Source: Hydrolagus colliei
Taxonomy: Eukaryota
Length of the DNA stretch: 64,000 bases
Assembly: GCA_035084275.1 (NCBI GenBank)
Contig: CM068743.1
Location: forward strand, 115,506,001 to 115,570,000
Direction of reading: 5' to 3'
This document shows, piece by piece, positions 62,328 to 64,000 of this stretch. Under the pieces are notes generated by a model, which had not been told where the DNA came from, searched no databases, and saw nothing but the letters and a program-made list of their open reading frames with translations. Made by a program: the position numbers and the translations under genes. The first letter of the stretch is position 1; every line of letters begins with the position of its first letter.

Positions 62328-62469
62328 TTTGATGCGAGGAGCATGTTTTTGCGTGTGACTTGTTCGTTGGGATCAGAATGCTGCCGGTTGACATACTCAG
62401 CTGCTGCTTTGGCTGGGAATTCTGTTTCGCAAACGTAACCAAAATCCCGAGCAAGATGTACAGCTTCAC
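62328..62469 (-). CDS. TFAP2A: Transcription factor AP-2 alpha, penultimate coding exon (142 bp)
   Basis: Reads (G)[46 protein letters not shown](K), bounded by acceptor cttgtccag and donor gtgagt. [14 protein letters not shown] and GYVCETEF match AP-2 alpha rather than beta or gamma. Confidence 0.95.
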
Positions 62470-62501
62470 CTGGACAAGATACATGTTTGAGTGTGTTGTA
62501 C

Positions 62502-62579
62502 ACTCCCTCCCTCCCTCCCTCCCTCCCTCTTTCTCTCTCTCTCTCTCTCACGCACACACACACATATATATACACATAT
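62502..62579. repeat. Compound (CCCT)n(CT)n(CA)n(TA)n microsatellite ~35 bp upstream of the exon acceptor
   Basis: Directly visible. Confidence 0.9.
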
Positions 62580-63809
62580 GTTTAAAGTCAATGAATGTAT
62601 GACAAGTGTAATGCATCCTTACTAATTTCTCTCTTTTTAACACAAAAAAGACAAGCTTATTCGAAAGACAGATTTCGTCCCTCTACCACCATATCCGATG
62701 TTAAACTGACACAGACTTAACACGAGCAACTTTTCTCAAAGCAGTTAGTACAATTTATTGGACATTACATTTAGGTAAAAAAAACGTTGGTACTCCCACA
62801 ATAAAATGTTTACTTTTCTACATTATAGCAATTTAGTTAAAACAATTTTATCAAGGTCAAGATCGAGATACAGTACTACAATAAACATGATTTTACATGG
62901 TTATAAAATATATGTATCACACCACAACAGAAATGTATTGCATTGCATGATAATTATCAGGCCACATCCTGCAGTTCGGGTGATTTCAATATCAGCAACC
63001 TAATATAAAATAAATAGTTCAAAATATACCACGCTATAAATCGAGCATCACCATTTGTCACACAACAAATATTTCAAGCATGCGTTAAAAAAACTCGGAA
63101 GCTTCAGTGAGTCATTTAACGACATTACAAAGAGCTAAGTACTGAACTGAGTAGAATATCAAATAAATTGACAATATCTCTTTTGTTGTCATGCATTCAA
63201 TGCCAGTCAAAACCACGTCTGTACAACATCCTCTTGCAGTTCAGCATGCGTTCGGTAAACCCAATGCAACTAACCAACAAAGCATGTTGTAGTAAATACA
63301 GGACAGCAGAGGCCGTTTGCAACCCTTTACATGTTGACTCATAAAATTACAATGAAACATTATATCAGAATTGTTCGCAAAATCCAGACTGGTCTCAGAC
63401 AGTACTGCATAAAAGGCTGAGCTATTTAAATGTGTTTATAAGTTATGCCGATCGTAAAAAAAAGATTGTCGACCAAACGTATTAAACTGTACAGAAGATC
63501 ATAGAGACTAGCCAGTAATGTACAACTCTCCTCCTCACTTAATGAGGCATTATTTCTGCCAGAAAAGTCATTTAGTCGAACATAATGCGCCTTGAATATA
63601 CATTCTGAGAATGTTTCTCGTTTTTCGCATTATTAAAATTAGCGAGGTCCTTCACTGCGTTAAAATTAACACATTTGCTGCTTTTTAAGTATTGCGTAAC
63701 AGAAATGAAGTACGGTGTTTGCACACAGCAAATCTAGATTCGTGTGATCCTCTTGAACGCCAAGAATGCATCATTCGCTGAAATCCTTTTTTTTTGTTGA
63801 TTTCAAAGC

Positions 63810-64000
63810 TTTTGGTTTTAATTTCCTGAACCAGTTGGGTTTTACTGCAGGGTTTCCTGCCATTAGCCAGCTCCGGAAGGACGCATGCGCCAATTAGTGC
63901 TTCAAAGGCATAGTCCAGTAACTCGTTTCCATAAAATGGAACAGATCATAAACAATAACAACAGGATAGAGTCCGACTGCCTGCCCCACAAACAAGACTG
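63810..64000. promoter_or_regulatory. Candidate intronic enhancer of TFAP2A
   Basis: Dense motif cluster CTCCGGAAG, ACGCATGCGC, CAATTAG, CTTCAAAG, ATAAACAAT in the intron where a mammalian face/limb enhancer is known. Confidence 0.4.

Larger units (their letters stand above)
62470..64000 (-). other. TFAP2A: Preceding TFAP2A intron (intron 5 by mammalian numbering), truncated by the window edge
   Basis: Ends in the acceptor of the 142-bp exon; no further AP-2 coding sequence is recognisable before 64000. Confidence 0.8.

Overview
Vertebrate, essentially non-coding genomic DNA, most likely from a cartilaginous fish (the SINE/L2/CR1 repertoire suggests a chimaera such as the elephant shark; inference). 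The only host gene I can support is the 3' end of TFAP2A (AP-2 alpha) on the minus strand: the penultimate exon (62328-62469), the last coding exon (60092-60383) and a ~1.2 kb 3' UTR; the gene continues past the right edge. The left ~58 kb is the downstream gene desert. It holds tRNA-derived SINEs, Deu-domain SINEs, LF-SINE-like relics, L2 and CR1 fragments, two copies of a hAT-type MITE, one pogo/Tigger-type MITE and a Penelope-like fragment with a decayed hammerhead motif. Several repeat-free, motif-dense blocks look like developmental enhancers. There is an assembly gap at 51530-51767. Almost all ORFs in the supplied track are spurious or transposon-derived. I found no convincing new multi-gene system. 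The best leads are regulatory (candidate AP-2 autoregulatory elements, an intron enhancer, a 3' UTR control cluster) and transposon-related. Repeat family names come from recalled consensus sequences, not database searches; boundaries of old repeats are approximate.
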